From Amphiscolops sp. MND2022 (lineage: Eukaryota): a stretch of DNA of 64,000 nt. Positions 23,050 to 35,985 of the stretch are shown piece after piece (position 1 is the stretch's first letter; each line of letters begins with the position of its first letter). The DNA lies in assembly GCA_964187785.1 (NCBI GenBank), contig OZ076409.1:94366001-94430000 (forward strand), read 5' to 3'. The position numbers and the translations under genes were made by a program. Under the pieces are notes generated by a model that was given only the letters and a program-made list of their open reading frames with translations, did no database searches and had not been told where the DNA came from.

Positions 23050-26000
23050 CTATCCTTCCAGATTAGAAATTTCATTTCTTTTAGATAGTGGTGCCTCCAT
23101 TTCAGTACTGAACTACCCAACTTAGGTTACAATTGCAAAACTTCTCAACATCAAATATAACAATACTCTTAATCCTTCTAAAACACTCACTGTTGCAAAC
23201 CAAACTGAAGTGTCCATGTTACGTTACGTTACTATACTTTTAAACACATCAATAGAAGATAATTCTCGTCAATTTACAACCCCTTTTGCAGTAGCTGATA
23301 TAAAATACAATGTTTTTGGTACACCCTTCTTTGAAGAATACATTCAGAACATAAATAAACAAGACTTTACATTACAATTTGAACATCAATAAAAACAATA
23401 CCCAAATCTTACAAAATTTACGTCACTCTTACCCAAACATCACCCATAGTTCTCATATATTTATCGAATTAATTCCAAAACGCAAATACACTTAAAACCT
23501 AATTCTTCTGAAATTGCTCATTTCCCAATCAAGAACTAATATGATCTTCATTTCACTACTACACCACAAAATCAGGTTTTTCCTACAGTTCCACACACCT
23601 ACTTCCCTACTAAGTGTCGTACAACTTTCAATTTTATTGAAAAAAGTTTTCACTGATGATAAACCAGACACTTGTGCGACTATTATACAAAACTCTACAA
23701 AGCATGGCAACTATTATACAAGACTCTACAAATCATGTTGCAACTCTACCTACTGGACACAATGGATATATTGAAGTTCCAATTACCAATGAAAAACCTA
23801 AATTTTACCAAGTTAATGACATTAGCACGATAATACACAATGTTACACATACATATCACACTGAAATGACAGAACAGAAATCCCACAAACAAATTATGCA
23901 TTACAATCTAATGATAATACTGTACCTCCTCATCATTTTTCCTTACATCAACTCTATATGACAGATCCAACTCCATCAATACTAACTTCTTCTATTTACA
24001 ATGTCCAACCTACTTCTCACACTTCAAAACTTAGAATATTTCTTTCATTACCATACACTTCAGAAAACCTTAAATTCATAAACAAATTCAACTTCCAATT
24101 TTCTGACCTTTTAGATACCGAATATGTTACACTTTGTAAACTCTTAAAATAATACACAACATGCTACGCAACACAAAAAAATGATGTTGGAAAAATTGCT
24201 ACTCCCTTCCGTATTAGACTTGAACCAAGTGCTCAACTTCTTACACAACGTTCTTCCAAAGTACCCATTCATTACCGAGATAAATTATATGCTCTTCTTA
24301 AAGAACTAGAAAATTACAACCTTATAAAACAAATTGGCTCTTCTCCACAAGATAAACCAGTCTATGACACAACTTACCTTAATCCTCTCATCATAATTCC
24401 TAAAGGAGACTCTATCCAATGTGTGCTAGACGCTCGTCATTTAAAATCCAACACCGAACAATCTGATGAGTCTTGGCCTATTGAACCTCTTGCTCCCCAA
24501 TTAGCACGCGCAAATAAAAAGTACAAATGTGCTTTAGACCTCATGTATGCCTATGCACATACACCCCTTGATGAGGAAACCATCAAGCTTACAAGTTTTT
24601 CTTCTGGTGACGAACCTTGCTTCCATTCGAGGTTTCTATGGTCTCACAGGACTCCCAAATTTCTTACAAAACGAATGTCAACCTTTTTCAAACTTCTTAT
24701 AGAACAGGGTTCTGTTCTTGTCTACATTGATGATATTTTACTTTTATCAAATTCAAAAGAACATATGTTTCACCTCATAGAACAACTTCATATTGTTAGT
24801 ACAAAACATAATCTCAAACTAGCTCCTGAAAAATCGTTTTTCATGTTTCTTAAAGTTAAATTTCTTGGACACAAAATTGGCTACAATACTATTAAACCCA
24901 TCCACTCAAAAAATGATGCTATTCACAAAATCCTTTCACCCACTGGAAAAGTTGCCCTAATGAGTTTCATTGGTGCACTCAAATTTTACACCAAATTTAT
25001 TGAGAAACTACACATCAACCTTAAACCATTTTACGATCTCTTACATGAAAATACTTCATGGAAATGGACACCCATTTTTCTTTACAGATGATGCTTCACT
25101 TATTGGACTCGGCGCTGTTCTTTTCCAACTCAACGAAGACAATAAACCGAAAGTCATATCCTACAATTTTCGTTTACTAAACACACAAGAACAAAAACTC
25201 TCCACGCTTTATCGAGAACGCCTCGGTATAGTACATGCTCTTCAAATTTACGAATTTCGCATTATTGGTTCTCCCCATCCAATCCACGTTCTCACCGATC
25301 ACAAACCTCTTTTACATTAATTTACAAAAAAGGGTAACCTTAGTCCACGATTTTACAGAGCACAAATGCAATTGACAAAATTTTCCGAACATAAAATCAT
25401 TCATACTCCTGGAAAAAACCTCTCCTGTCAAAAAGGATAACAAGTCCCTTCACCAACAATCTCTTTTGCTCAATGATACCGATAATACAAGTGATGATGA
25501 AGAACATATATACTAGAAATCCCAAACAAAGTTTATTCTTACTACTGATAATACTTTATCGACAGAAACATTTTCAACCATAAAAAATCCAAAATCACAA
25601 TTACACAACATTCTACAGCCGCAATAAAAGTACAACCAAATTTTCCCTCTACTACCCATTGCTCGCAAATAATACCCTTCTATGATACTTCAAAATCACA
25701 ATTACACAACATTCTACAGCCGCAATGAAAGTACAACCAAATTTTCCCTCTACTACCCATTGCTCGCAAATAATACCCTTCTATGATACTTCCTTCTTCA
25801 AGTACAAAAATTACTTTCAAGGTGTCTTTCTTCCTGATGATTACTCCTTGGACCTTAAAACTCTACAACATCAAAAATCCCAAGATCCAGTTCTTCGAAT
25901 TGTCTATTCTTGGCTAATAAACAATGAAAAACCTGAGTTTCTGACACCTCCTATCAGTGGCACTCCTTTTTCCATACCTATTACAAAAGATTCTCTCAAC

Positions 26001-27030
26001 TCTTTTGTGAAGAATCCACTAATCTTATTAGTCTTTACACGAAAAACCCTACTTCCATTACACAGACTGATTTTTCTCCCAATATTATACCTTTCGAATA
26101 TGCCTTCTTTTCGCATGTTTCGATCAGTTTTTAACAAACTTCATGAACATTCACATACAGGAATCAAAATCACTTCCAATACTACCACAATCCATATCTT
26201 GACAAATGGTTTTCTATTTTCATTCACGATTGTATTGAATGTCAACGGAACAAACAATTTATAATGAAAATCTACATTGCTCCTGAACAATCCTTTTCAG
26301 AACATGCTCCATCTTTCAACTACAGAACATCAATGGATACAAAAGGTCCTATAAATCCTCCTTCTCATAACAAATCATACATTCAAGTTATAATTGATGC
26401 TTTCAGTCATTTTGTTGTTACAGTACCGATAAAATCAAAAAACGCCAAAACAGAAATAAAAACGTTTTTACACCATTCCATTGAATTATTAAATTTGGTC
26501 CACCTATATACCTTGTCACTGATCGCGGATCCGAATATGGTAACAAGGAAATGGCACACCTCTGTTCACTTATGGGAATTAGACACTCCCCTAGAACAGC
26601 TTATTCTCCTTGGACAAATGGCCTTGTCAAAGTACAAAACAGAAATGTTGGCACTCATTTACGAATGTTTTCACATGACACTCCAGAAGATTGGGCATTC
26701 CAGGTCCATATGTTTGCTTATGCACAAAAATCCCAACCTCTTTCAGAACTCAATGTTTCTCCTCACGAAATTGTTTTCCACACAAGACCTAGAATACCAA
26801 TCGCTTTTGATCTAAGTCTTAATCGTAACACCTTCAAACAGTGCATTTCTAAATATTGTTTTCAACTACGTCCTCAAACTGACATACCTATTGACAGATC
26901 ACGACACCCATCTCAAAATAAATCGAATTCACTTCCTCCCCTTTTTGACAGAACTACTAAAACTCATTACCATTTGAGACATCAACCAAAATTAGATTAT
27001 AGACTTTTCATACCACTCTCAAAACTCTAG
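23050..27030 (+). pseudogene. pol: pol: protease, RT, RNase H, integrase
   Basis: Protease FLLDSGASIS (~23075). RT LDARHLKSN, ALDLMYAYAH, VYIDDILL. RNase H DASLIGLGAVLFQ...TDHKPL. Integrase HEHSHTG...CIEC, MDTKGP, DAFSHFV, TDRGSEY, TAYSPWTNGLV. Confidence 0.93.
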
Positions 27031-28399
27031 TACCAATCATTCACTCCATTGATTCAATGAAAACTAGTCGACCAAAGTGCTCACACCAAAAACTTGTTAA
27101 ATACAAGACCATTATACCACTCTAATCCTGGATTCTACTTCTGATACGTCTCCTTCTGCTCCAAATCTACCTATATTTGAATCTTTGTCAGTACTACTTC
27201 TCAATCTAGTAATGTAACTCCTGTAACTCCATCTAAAAGACAAAGATCACAACTTACTACTACCTCTTCTACAACATCTTCGAATATTACAAATAGACCT
27301 TCTATAGCCGAAATTCCTATTTCTGCTCGTTCTCAAACATCACCCATTATCATTCCTTTAGTACATATACCAGATATACCAGATACAGAATCTGTTGAAC
27401 GATACGTAAATTACAAACCTTCTACAGCTATTAAAACTGTTCGACTCCAACCACTATTAAATCTTGTCCACATTCCTGATCCTGAATATACCCAATTACC
27501 TCCATTACACCTACCCACTGAAACAAGTACACCTTCTAGATAGACTATATCCCATCACAAGAATCTACCAGCTCACTTTTTGTTCCATACCATCGATATA
27601 ATCTTCGAAATCTTCCTACACTCAGGCTCAGTTCAGATACATCAACACTTAATTTATCTTCTCTTTCAAGTATTTCTGCTCTAAGACTTGCAACACAACA
27701 CGCACAACCTCTATCTGATACACACTCTTCAGAACTTGTTCCACAATCATATTTAACATCTGGACTTGAAAATGCTTCGTTACTTTCATCTGACGCTCAA
27801 ACTGCATATCTTTCAGGACATCTTTTTTCTGAAGTTATAATACCTACTCCTGTCCATGCACACATTCGACTACCTGAATATTACACTGCAGAACTTTCTC
27901 GCATTCCAACTCCTAACTTTGCTAATTACCCTGTCAGAGTTGACGGAACGACCATCTACGACCCAAAAAACGATCCTCGTTTTCCAATTCTCACGGAACG
28001 CTTTATTACAACTAACGATCTCTTATCTAACAAACGTAAAGAAACAGAAGTTAAAATACTCCAAACTCCTAATCTAGAAATCAACTTTGAAGTTAAAGTC
28101 AAATTTACAGGTTTAAATCCACAGCCTGTATTTCATGTTGCAAAAAAAAGGACACAAAACTACTTCTGCTCCTATCGAAGTAGTACTTATTGATCTTGAA
28201 CGAGATCCACAGCTTCTTGATTTGACTTATGGCAAAATTGTCTTTTAAAACCCTTACTCTGGTCTGAAATACACAACGTCCTTTTAAACTACCTTTATTA
28301 ATCTATAATACTAATTTAGTACTACATTCCTTTATATTACCTCTCACATCTACAATACCAATATCAATTACTAATACAGAAAACTATCTTCCATCTGAT

Positions 28400-30666
28400 G
28401 ATCCAAACATTACAAGCCTTATAGTTTCCCATTATGACTGTGAAAAACAACACAATCTAAGACAATTTAATCTCCTAAATGTAAAACAATGTACAGAATT
28501 TCCATCAAATATTCAACACGCTAGTGTACAAGCTCGAGTGTGCGTTAGAGCAAAGGCTAAACGCATTAAAGCCTATAACTTTGTCGCCTATGCAAAAAAA
28601 GAAAGAAAGATTTGTTTCCAAGGCTCTGTCAAATACAGACGAGTTGATAGAACTGTATGGAATCATAACACTATGCCTATTCATGTTACACTTGATCCTT
28701 TAGAATGCAAGAACAATATTAGACACCTTGATGGTACAAACAAAAAAATATTAAACAATTTTTAGTACAACAAAACTTTTACACTTTTGGAAGACCATTT
28801 TTTCCAAGAACGTTTAGAACAATTCCAAACTCCTTTACAGTGTATCAATTGAACAAAATGTATACAGGTACATTCACCTTTATGCCTGCTGACAAAAATT
28901 GGATTTATGATCCCAACAAAAACCCGTATCATAATTGTCCTGCCCATCATCAATTCGAAGTTAACTTAGTTAGCTGGCGACTTGAAATCTCTGAAATAGA
29001 ACTTACATATGATGATACAGAAAAAGTTATGATAAAAGATGGTCATACATTACCCTGCTCTTTTGCAGATGGATTCTGTAAACCGACTACAAAAACTTCT
29101 TTTTACTCTTGTCTGGTTCAGTGATGATTTTTGTCTAATTGTTACATTACAAGATTTCCTTGGACGAATGACAAAAATTGAGGACCACTATTGGATTGAA
29201 ACAATTTTCTTCGTACATTCTTCACATTCAACAAAATCTGATACAACATCTGGTAATAAAGGAACAGCACATCCCTATATACATGCTCCGCATACACAAA
29301 ACTCTAATAATCTTAGTCTTTCACGTTTTGAAGTCTTTCCAAAAGCTCAAACTTTTTGTGGTAAACCGGATCCTTTATACTCTACTCGATATTCTGACCT
29401 TTTTGTAACATATACAAATGGTTTCAACAAGCATACAGGACAACGTAATCCCCAATCTATTATTATTGAATACATCTCTGGTAAAATTGTATTAGACAAC
29501 TCAAATAACAAATTCATATTTCCTGCATCAAACGTTTCTAACAACTTTGCTACTATTGACTATGATGCACATATTAACACAAAAATTGACTACACTATAA
29601 AAGATGTTTTTCGATCTTCGACCGTACAATAACTGAATACACTTGATACTGTATGTGAATTAGAACGTAACCAAATCTTTATCATACTTGCAATGTCTGT
29701 ACAAAACCCTCAACTTGCTTGTTTCCTGTTAACAGGAAATCGTAGCAACTTCTTATACGTTGAAGGCTCAACTGTCTGGCTGTACGATTGCCCACATTTC
29801 ATCTCTCCTTTATGTAAAGCTGATCGATGCTTCGATCGTATTCCTATACATTTCAAAGATACACTTATGTACGTAAACCCAATTACCAGACATACTTATG
29901 ATTATGCCACTCCTATTGCATGTGATAATATTCCTTGTAACATTATTGAACTCGACCCTGATACTGACGACCAAGATTTTTATATTCTTGGACCAGAACC
30001 TATTAAACGAAAACCACCACTAATGTTTACCCCTTCTCAAATTAACACTACAATACGCCCAAATACTTTTATAGTACAAGATGCTGGAATATATTCTAAT
30101 GCCGAACCCGATCAGTTTTGGAATCGAATTTTATTTTCAAAACATTCTGACTCTACACTTCAACTCTTGAGAAAAGCCCTTAGTTATTCCTTTATTTGAT
30201 CCATTACACCTGGTTATGATACGAATTCAAATGATACAAATCCTTACCACGTATTGGCTTACATGACAAATTTCTAAACCTAACTCCTCTTTTTACACCC
30301 ACGTGGTTTTCAGATGCCTTTATTGCATTCTTTGGATAACCATGTTACATTCGAACTCAATGTGGAATATGTTTTTCTACATTACTAATTGTTCGGGCTA
30401 CCTTAACGCTCATCGTAAAACTATACAAAACAATTTCAATTAAATATAATCTCAAACAAAACATTGCCATTTTTAGTTCCATAGCCCATGGTTTCTTTGA
30501 CATTGTTACAGCTGAAATGGTCAATGACCTTAAAGATACTCATCATCAGAAACCTACATTACCTCTAAAAACTTCTAAATCTTTGGATAACTCTCCTGAT
30601 AATTCAACTAGTTCAATTAATAACCATACTGGTATTACTTCCCCTCCACTTTTCTATACAAAACGT
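28400..30666 (+). pseudogene. env: env-like class III viral fusion glycoprotein (chuvirus G / herpesvirus gB-like), frameshifted
   Basis: SHYDCEKQHNLRQFNLLNVKQC at the N-terminus (YDC at 28433). VCELERNQ...LAMSVQNPQLA.FLLTG...EGSTVWLYDC...CFDRIPI...YVNPITR...TPIAC. Cys-rich ectodomain followed by a hydrophobic TM-like segment at ~30330-30500. Confidence 0.72.
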
Positions 30667-31460
30667 ACAGACCCAATTACCAGACAAACTTATGATTATG
30701 CCACTCCTATTGCATGTGATAATATTCCTTGTAACATTATTGAACTCGACCCTGATACTGACGATCAAGATTTTTATATTCTTGGACCAGAACCTATTAA
30801 ACGAAAACCACCACTAATGTTTACTCCTTCTCAAATTAACACTACAATACGCCCAAATACTTTTATAGTACAAGATGCTGGAATATATTCTAATGCCGAA
30901 CCAGATCAGTTTTGGAATCGAATTTTATTTTCAAAACATCCTGACTCTACACTTCAACTCTTGAGAAAAGCCTTTAGTTATTCCTTTATTTCATCCAATA
31001 CACCTGGTTATGATACGAATTCATATGAAACAAATCCTTACCACGTATTGGTTTACATGACAAATTTCTAAACCTAACTCCTCTTTTTACACCCACGTGG
31101 TTTTCAGATGCCTTTATTGCATTCTTTGAATAACCATGTTACATTCGAACTCAATGTGGAATATGTTTTTCTACATTTCTATTTGTTCGGGCTACCTAAA
31201 CGCTCATCGTAAAACTATACAAAACAATTTCAATTAAATATAATCTCAAACAAAACATTGCCATTTTTAGTTCCATAGCCCATGGTTTCTTTGACATTGT
31301 TACAGCTGAAATGGTCAATGACCTTAAAGATACTCATCATCAGAAACCTACATTACCTCTAAAAACTTCTAAATCTTTGGATAACTCTCCTGACAATTCA
31401 ACTAGTTCAATTAATAACCAAACTGGTATTACTTCCCCTCCACTTTTCTATACAAAACGT
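29877..31460 (+). repeat. 794-bp tandem duplication of the env 3' region
   Basis: 29877-30666 is repeated at 30671-31460 with few substitutions. Confidence 0.95.
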
Positions 31461-31968
31461 CCAAATACTTCCAATGACACGATTATTCACGAAGAGACGT
31501 CCGTTTCTTCAATCTAAAATATATCACAGAACCTCTCCACTTCCTGTTTCACAAGAACAACATCCGACTCTGCCTAATTATCCAACTACAAATACCACTC
31601 AACATGACAATCTGACTACTCCAACTGACAACTTACTTAATAACACTTTGGTCAATCCTGACACTGACGCCTCCATCAAAATGTATTCAAAAACAAATTA
31701 TCCGTTTCTGCCACCATCGTTTTGAACTCCAACTTATTGTGTCTCCATCATCCTTGTCGAACACTCCACTACTCTTGAAAAAAAATAAACCTATGACCTA
31801 CTTCACTTCTCGTACAATAAAATCAATCTTCAAAATTGAGCTTCCTTCTACACTTGAAATAACTGTCAAGATACCTGACACTCCTACTCATCGACTTCGT
31901 ATTTTGGTACCTGGTCCTCAAAAAATCGATAAAGCTACTCGTTAGTGTCCTCTTTTTCAAAAATTTTC

Positions 31969-33315
31969 ACCATGACACAAGCACAAATAGACCTTCAAAC
32001 ACAACTCGAACAAACTTCATCTGATCTCACCATACACCCTCTTTTTAATGGTTCTCCTGTTCTCTTCCTCGAAAATATGGATCAAATTCAGACAAATACT
32101 AATCCTACAAACAATACCGAACAAGCGGAACATGAACACGACACTCTCAAAGTTCCTACTCCTCCAGATAATACAACCGAAACACCACCGCCTCCGCAAA
32201 AACGCTACGAAATCATGAAAGATCCTCTCTTTCTTTCATCACCCGTATTTCTTCTTGCAATATCTTCTAAACCTTCACTTTCTACAAATAGAGATTGATC
32301 ATTTGATTCCACTTCTCTCACAAGACAATCAATCTCATTTTCAAAGCACAACTCACTTCTCCATACATGCATCCTACTGATTATACAATTCGTCTATATG
32401 ACAAAAATCAAGTTTTCTTCACTTCCATTCCTTCTAAAATCATGTATCCATACCAATACTGGCTTGATAACGGAGTAAAAATTTTCTCTCTCCAATTCAA
32501 TTTTCCACGTTCATCAATAAATGATCTCAACACAGACGAATGTGATCCTTCTTTTCTCTCAGTTGCTAAAAAAGTTTCTCATCATCAGACATACACTCAA
32601 TTTCTCCAACATTCCATACCACACAACTATATTTTCGTCAATTACAAACATACTTCACCGTATACAATGACTAATTTGTACACTATAGATCATGCTCGCA
32701 TAACTGGCTATCTTTGTAACTATGATCCTATAAAACAATACTGTTGTTTGCTTTCTTTTTATGATACATCACGTCCACTTATTGTGTTTCAAGAAGATTT
32801 CATACATTTTGACGATTTTCTATTGCCTTGCAATATTCCTACTCACATTGTGAAACCTCTCACTGTCATCATACAAACTAGTTTCTTCTCCACTTGATGA
32901 CAAAGACAAATCCTACTATATTGCTCTCTCTAAACAATCTCATTCATATAATGAACGGCTCTTCTTCTCTGCCAACGTTATCTCTTATATAGTACAAACT
33001 GAACAAAAGACTGAAAGAAAACCTCCTACTACTGAACACACCTCACCAATTCGAAATGCTCCTGAAAAACTCTCATACGTTCTCAAAAATTGTACTCTCC
33101 GCGAAGTCCATCACTTAATGGAACCATATAAACAAAACTCCTCTGATTACGCTGTCACAACAACTCTCACACACTTAGTACATTTCTATGAACGGATACA
33201 CAAACTCCTACAATCACTTGATCTAAACTCACAACGCATAACCCAATCATCAGAAACAATAACTTCTACACTAACATCTGTAAACACTATTTTCAGCTCT
33301 ATTGATCTTCACTAG
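31969..33315 (+). pseudogene. Accessory ORF A downstream of env, unknown function (interrupted)
   Basis: Consecutive sense-strand ORF pieces 31945-32298, 32367-32897 and 33118-33315 with protein-like composition (e.g. YWLDNGVKIFSLQFNFP, RITGYLCNYDP), inside the LTR boundaries. Confidence 0.55.
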
Positions 33316-33793
33316 ATCTCGCTCCAGGTGATACATAGTTCTTTAATTTTCCTCTCCTCTGGTACACTATGGAACATTCAAACTTTAAACTACATTACAG
33401 GTAACATTTTGATAACATTTCTGCAACTCTTCTCAAAATCGCATTTAGTTGATTGACACACTTCTAGTACCTCATAACTTGCAATTGCAAAACTCCTAGT
33501 ACTAAACAACTTACAGTACATATCGCATTATTGTTCCTTAACTCATTCTTTAGACCTCATATACATGCCATATTTTTTCCTACATTACGTTTAAACTTTT
33601 CTATAAAATCTTGCCAGACAAACTACTACAAAATACAAAGGCATTTTCACAAATACAATACAAAATCAATTAGCACCCAACTATGCACTTCTTTAGCACC
33701 TAACTTTTGAACGAATGTTGTTCAATTGTTGTCATTTTTCTAAGATCTCCTTTGTTTTAGAAACCTCCATTCTTCTTCCTCCTCCTTCTTTGC

Positions 33794-34288
33794 ATGATTG
33801 GTCCAAATCTGCACCCATCAAGTCCTTTTACCAAGACTAAACACAAAATCCACGACATGGCTCCAGCAGACTCTAAAACAACCACGAAATTTGTCTCTTC
33901 TACAAATGCTAACAGCCTAAAAGCAGCAATTTTCCATACAATGACATTCAAACTATCTGTAGAGATCAATACGGATCAACTAAAAGGAACTAAAAGATCT
34001 TTCCTCAAAATTTTCTACAATGTTTGCAAAATAAAAAAGAAAAACATAGCTTTCGAGCAATATGCCCGCATTCATTTAGATGGACCCAAAATCGCGAGCT
34101 GCGAAACCACTTCGGACATGGTTTTTGTCCTCAATTCTTCCTTTACTTCTAAGGAAGAATATTTCCAGATGGCAATCGCAGAAGCCTGCGACGCCGTTAA
34201 CAACGCTCTAGTTCATTTTGATTACACCCAAAAATACGACCCTAAAGTTCACCAAGTGAACCCGCCAAAAGCACATCCAGTTTATTAA
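33794..34288 (+). CDS. Accessory ORF B (164 aa, intact), unknown function
   Basis: Uninterrupted ATG-initiated ORF inside an otherwise heavily frameshifted element, between env and the 3' LTR. Confidence 0.5.
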   Translation: MIGPNLHPSSPFTKTKHKIHDMAPADSKTTTKFVSSTNANSLKAAIFHTMTFKLSVEINTDQLKGTKRSFLKIFYNVCKIKKKNIAFEQYARIHLDGPKIASCETTSDMVFVLNSSFTSKEEYFQMAIAEACDAVNNALVHFDYTQKYDPKVHQVNPPKAHPVY

Positions 34289-35697
34289 AAAATGGGTTCT
34301 CGCTCAAACTCTACTTACTCTTCATGTTCATTCACATCTTTTTCGTCATCCTTCAATGATGATGCTGTTTTAAAACATGTTGCTTCACTACTTCTTGACC
34401 TCCACACAAAACGCTGATACACCTTCACTATCTTCTTCTTTCACGAATGGTCACCATCATCCATCGTCATTTTGCAGCTCTGGCCTACATCGTCACTTCT
34501 GTCAGAAATGGTCTTCACTATCGTCACTTCTGGTCGTCACTTCTGGTCGTCACTTCTCAACTGATCTTCAACGTCCCCCAACTGGTCTTCTTGTAGTCGA
34601 CATTGTCACAGAACTGCTCTTTCTTCTCTGCCACCGCCACTCCGACTTTCTCACTTGACTGGTCTTCCACAACTGGCCGTTCCGAACTGAACTCTAACTT
34701 GTCACAAATTTCAAACTGTAGTATAACTCTACTTCAATGTTGTAATTATTTATCGTAAATAACCATAACTTAACCATACTATTGTGTAATCTTAAAATAC
34801 TCAAATTATTCTGTAACCTTCCAAATTAGCATCTATTGTAATCTCTTATAACCCCCTAATTGCGCCTATAACCATACTATAACTATCTTGTAACTACAAC
34901 ATTTTAATCCACCATTGTTTTGTGTATGATAAATTTCTCTAATACACCTATAATCTACTTCTTTTATAGAACGCAAGTCAACCGTACATTACAAAATTTT
35001 CTAAGATTTTTGACAAAAACTTTTCTTTACAACACATGTTTTAAACACCTCTGTTTTACTTGCCCATAGTTAACCAAAAAACTTTCAAGAAAGGTCTCCA
35101 AAAACTTCCACACAAATAATTCTTCCACTTTCAGTACATCCAATTTTTCACTGTTTGAAACTTGCACTCGTTCAAAGCTTCTGTCTTCCGCTCGTCTAGT
35201 CACTTTTGTTGAAAATGAACTTCAACTCGAACCTTGACTTTTCAAAACTTCTTCACTTTTGATTCAAAACCCGCCATTGTTTGTTCACAACTCATTGACA
35301 AACTTCTCAAATTAGCTCTTCAACTTGGAAAGTTTTCAATTCTGAATAACTCATACTGGAGTAGATATATTTTTCCAATAAGCCGATAGCAGATACGAAA
35401 ATTTAGTCCATAGTAGTAAACAAGTTGTCAATAATAACTAGAACAAGCTGTCAGTCATCCGAAACTGAAACTTTTGCACCAATTTGAATCGTCGCTTGTG
35501 GTAAGAAGTCAAATCGTCATAGGTTGTTCTCACTCCTTAAGTACAGTACATTTTAGAACAGAACTCATGTCTAAAATAAACTCATGTCCACAACATCTGA
35601 AACAAACCCATGCATAAAACATCTAAAATACCTCTAGAACTCCTCAATCTCAAAGTGCAGAAATATGATTTTTAAATTTCAAATTTTCCCGGTTGAT

Positions 35698-35985
35698 TGT
35701 GATGCCATGATGCATGTCCTCAAAGAACTTGAAAGTTATCTAGTCTAATAGATGTCCTTTCATTTCAAAGTAAATTGAATTTGACTAGATCATTAACATT
35801 CTGAAATAACTTTATTATTAACTTGAGACAACCGAAATGTTAACCCATCTTGCTGTTGTCGCTTTTGATTGATTAGCATGACAATCTAATTATAAATCAT
35901 TAAATGTAACTGTAGAATATATCTACTCGGAGAAAATTAGAGTCTTGACTGAAAAACGGTTTCCTTCTAGTAAAGTAAACTGAGA
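35698..35985 (+). repeat. 3' LTR, truncated
   Basis: Roughly 90% similar by eye to 18568-18855. Homology stops after ...TAAAGTAAACTGAGA. Confidence 0.9.

Larger units (their letters stand above)
18568..35985 (+). mobile_element. Giant env-bearing Ty3/gypsy (retrovirus-like) element, decayed
   Basis: LTR pair starting TGTGATGCCATGAT at 18568 and 35698, a PBS, gag-pro-RT-RH-IN, an env-like gene and extra ORFs, with a uniformly G-poor sense strand. Confidence 0.92.
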
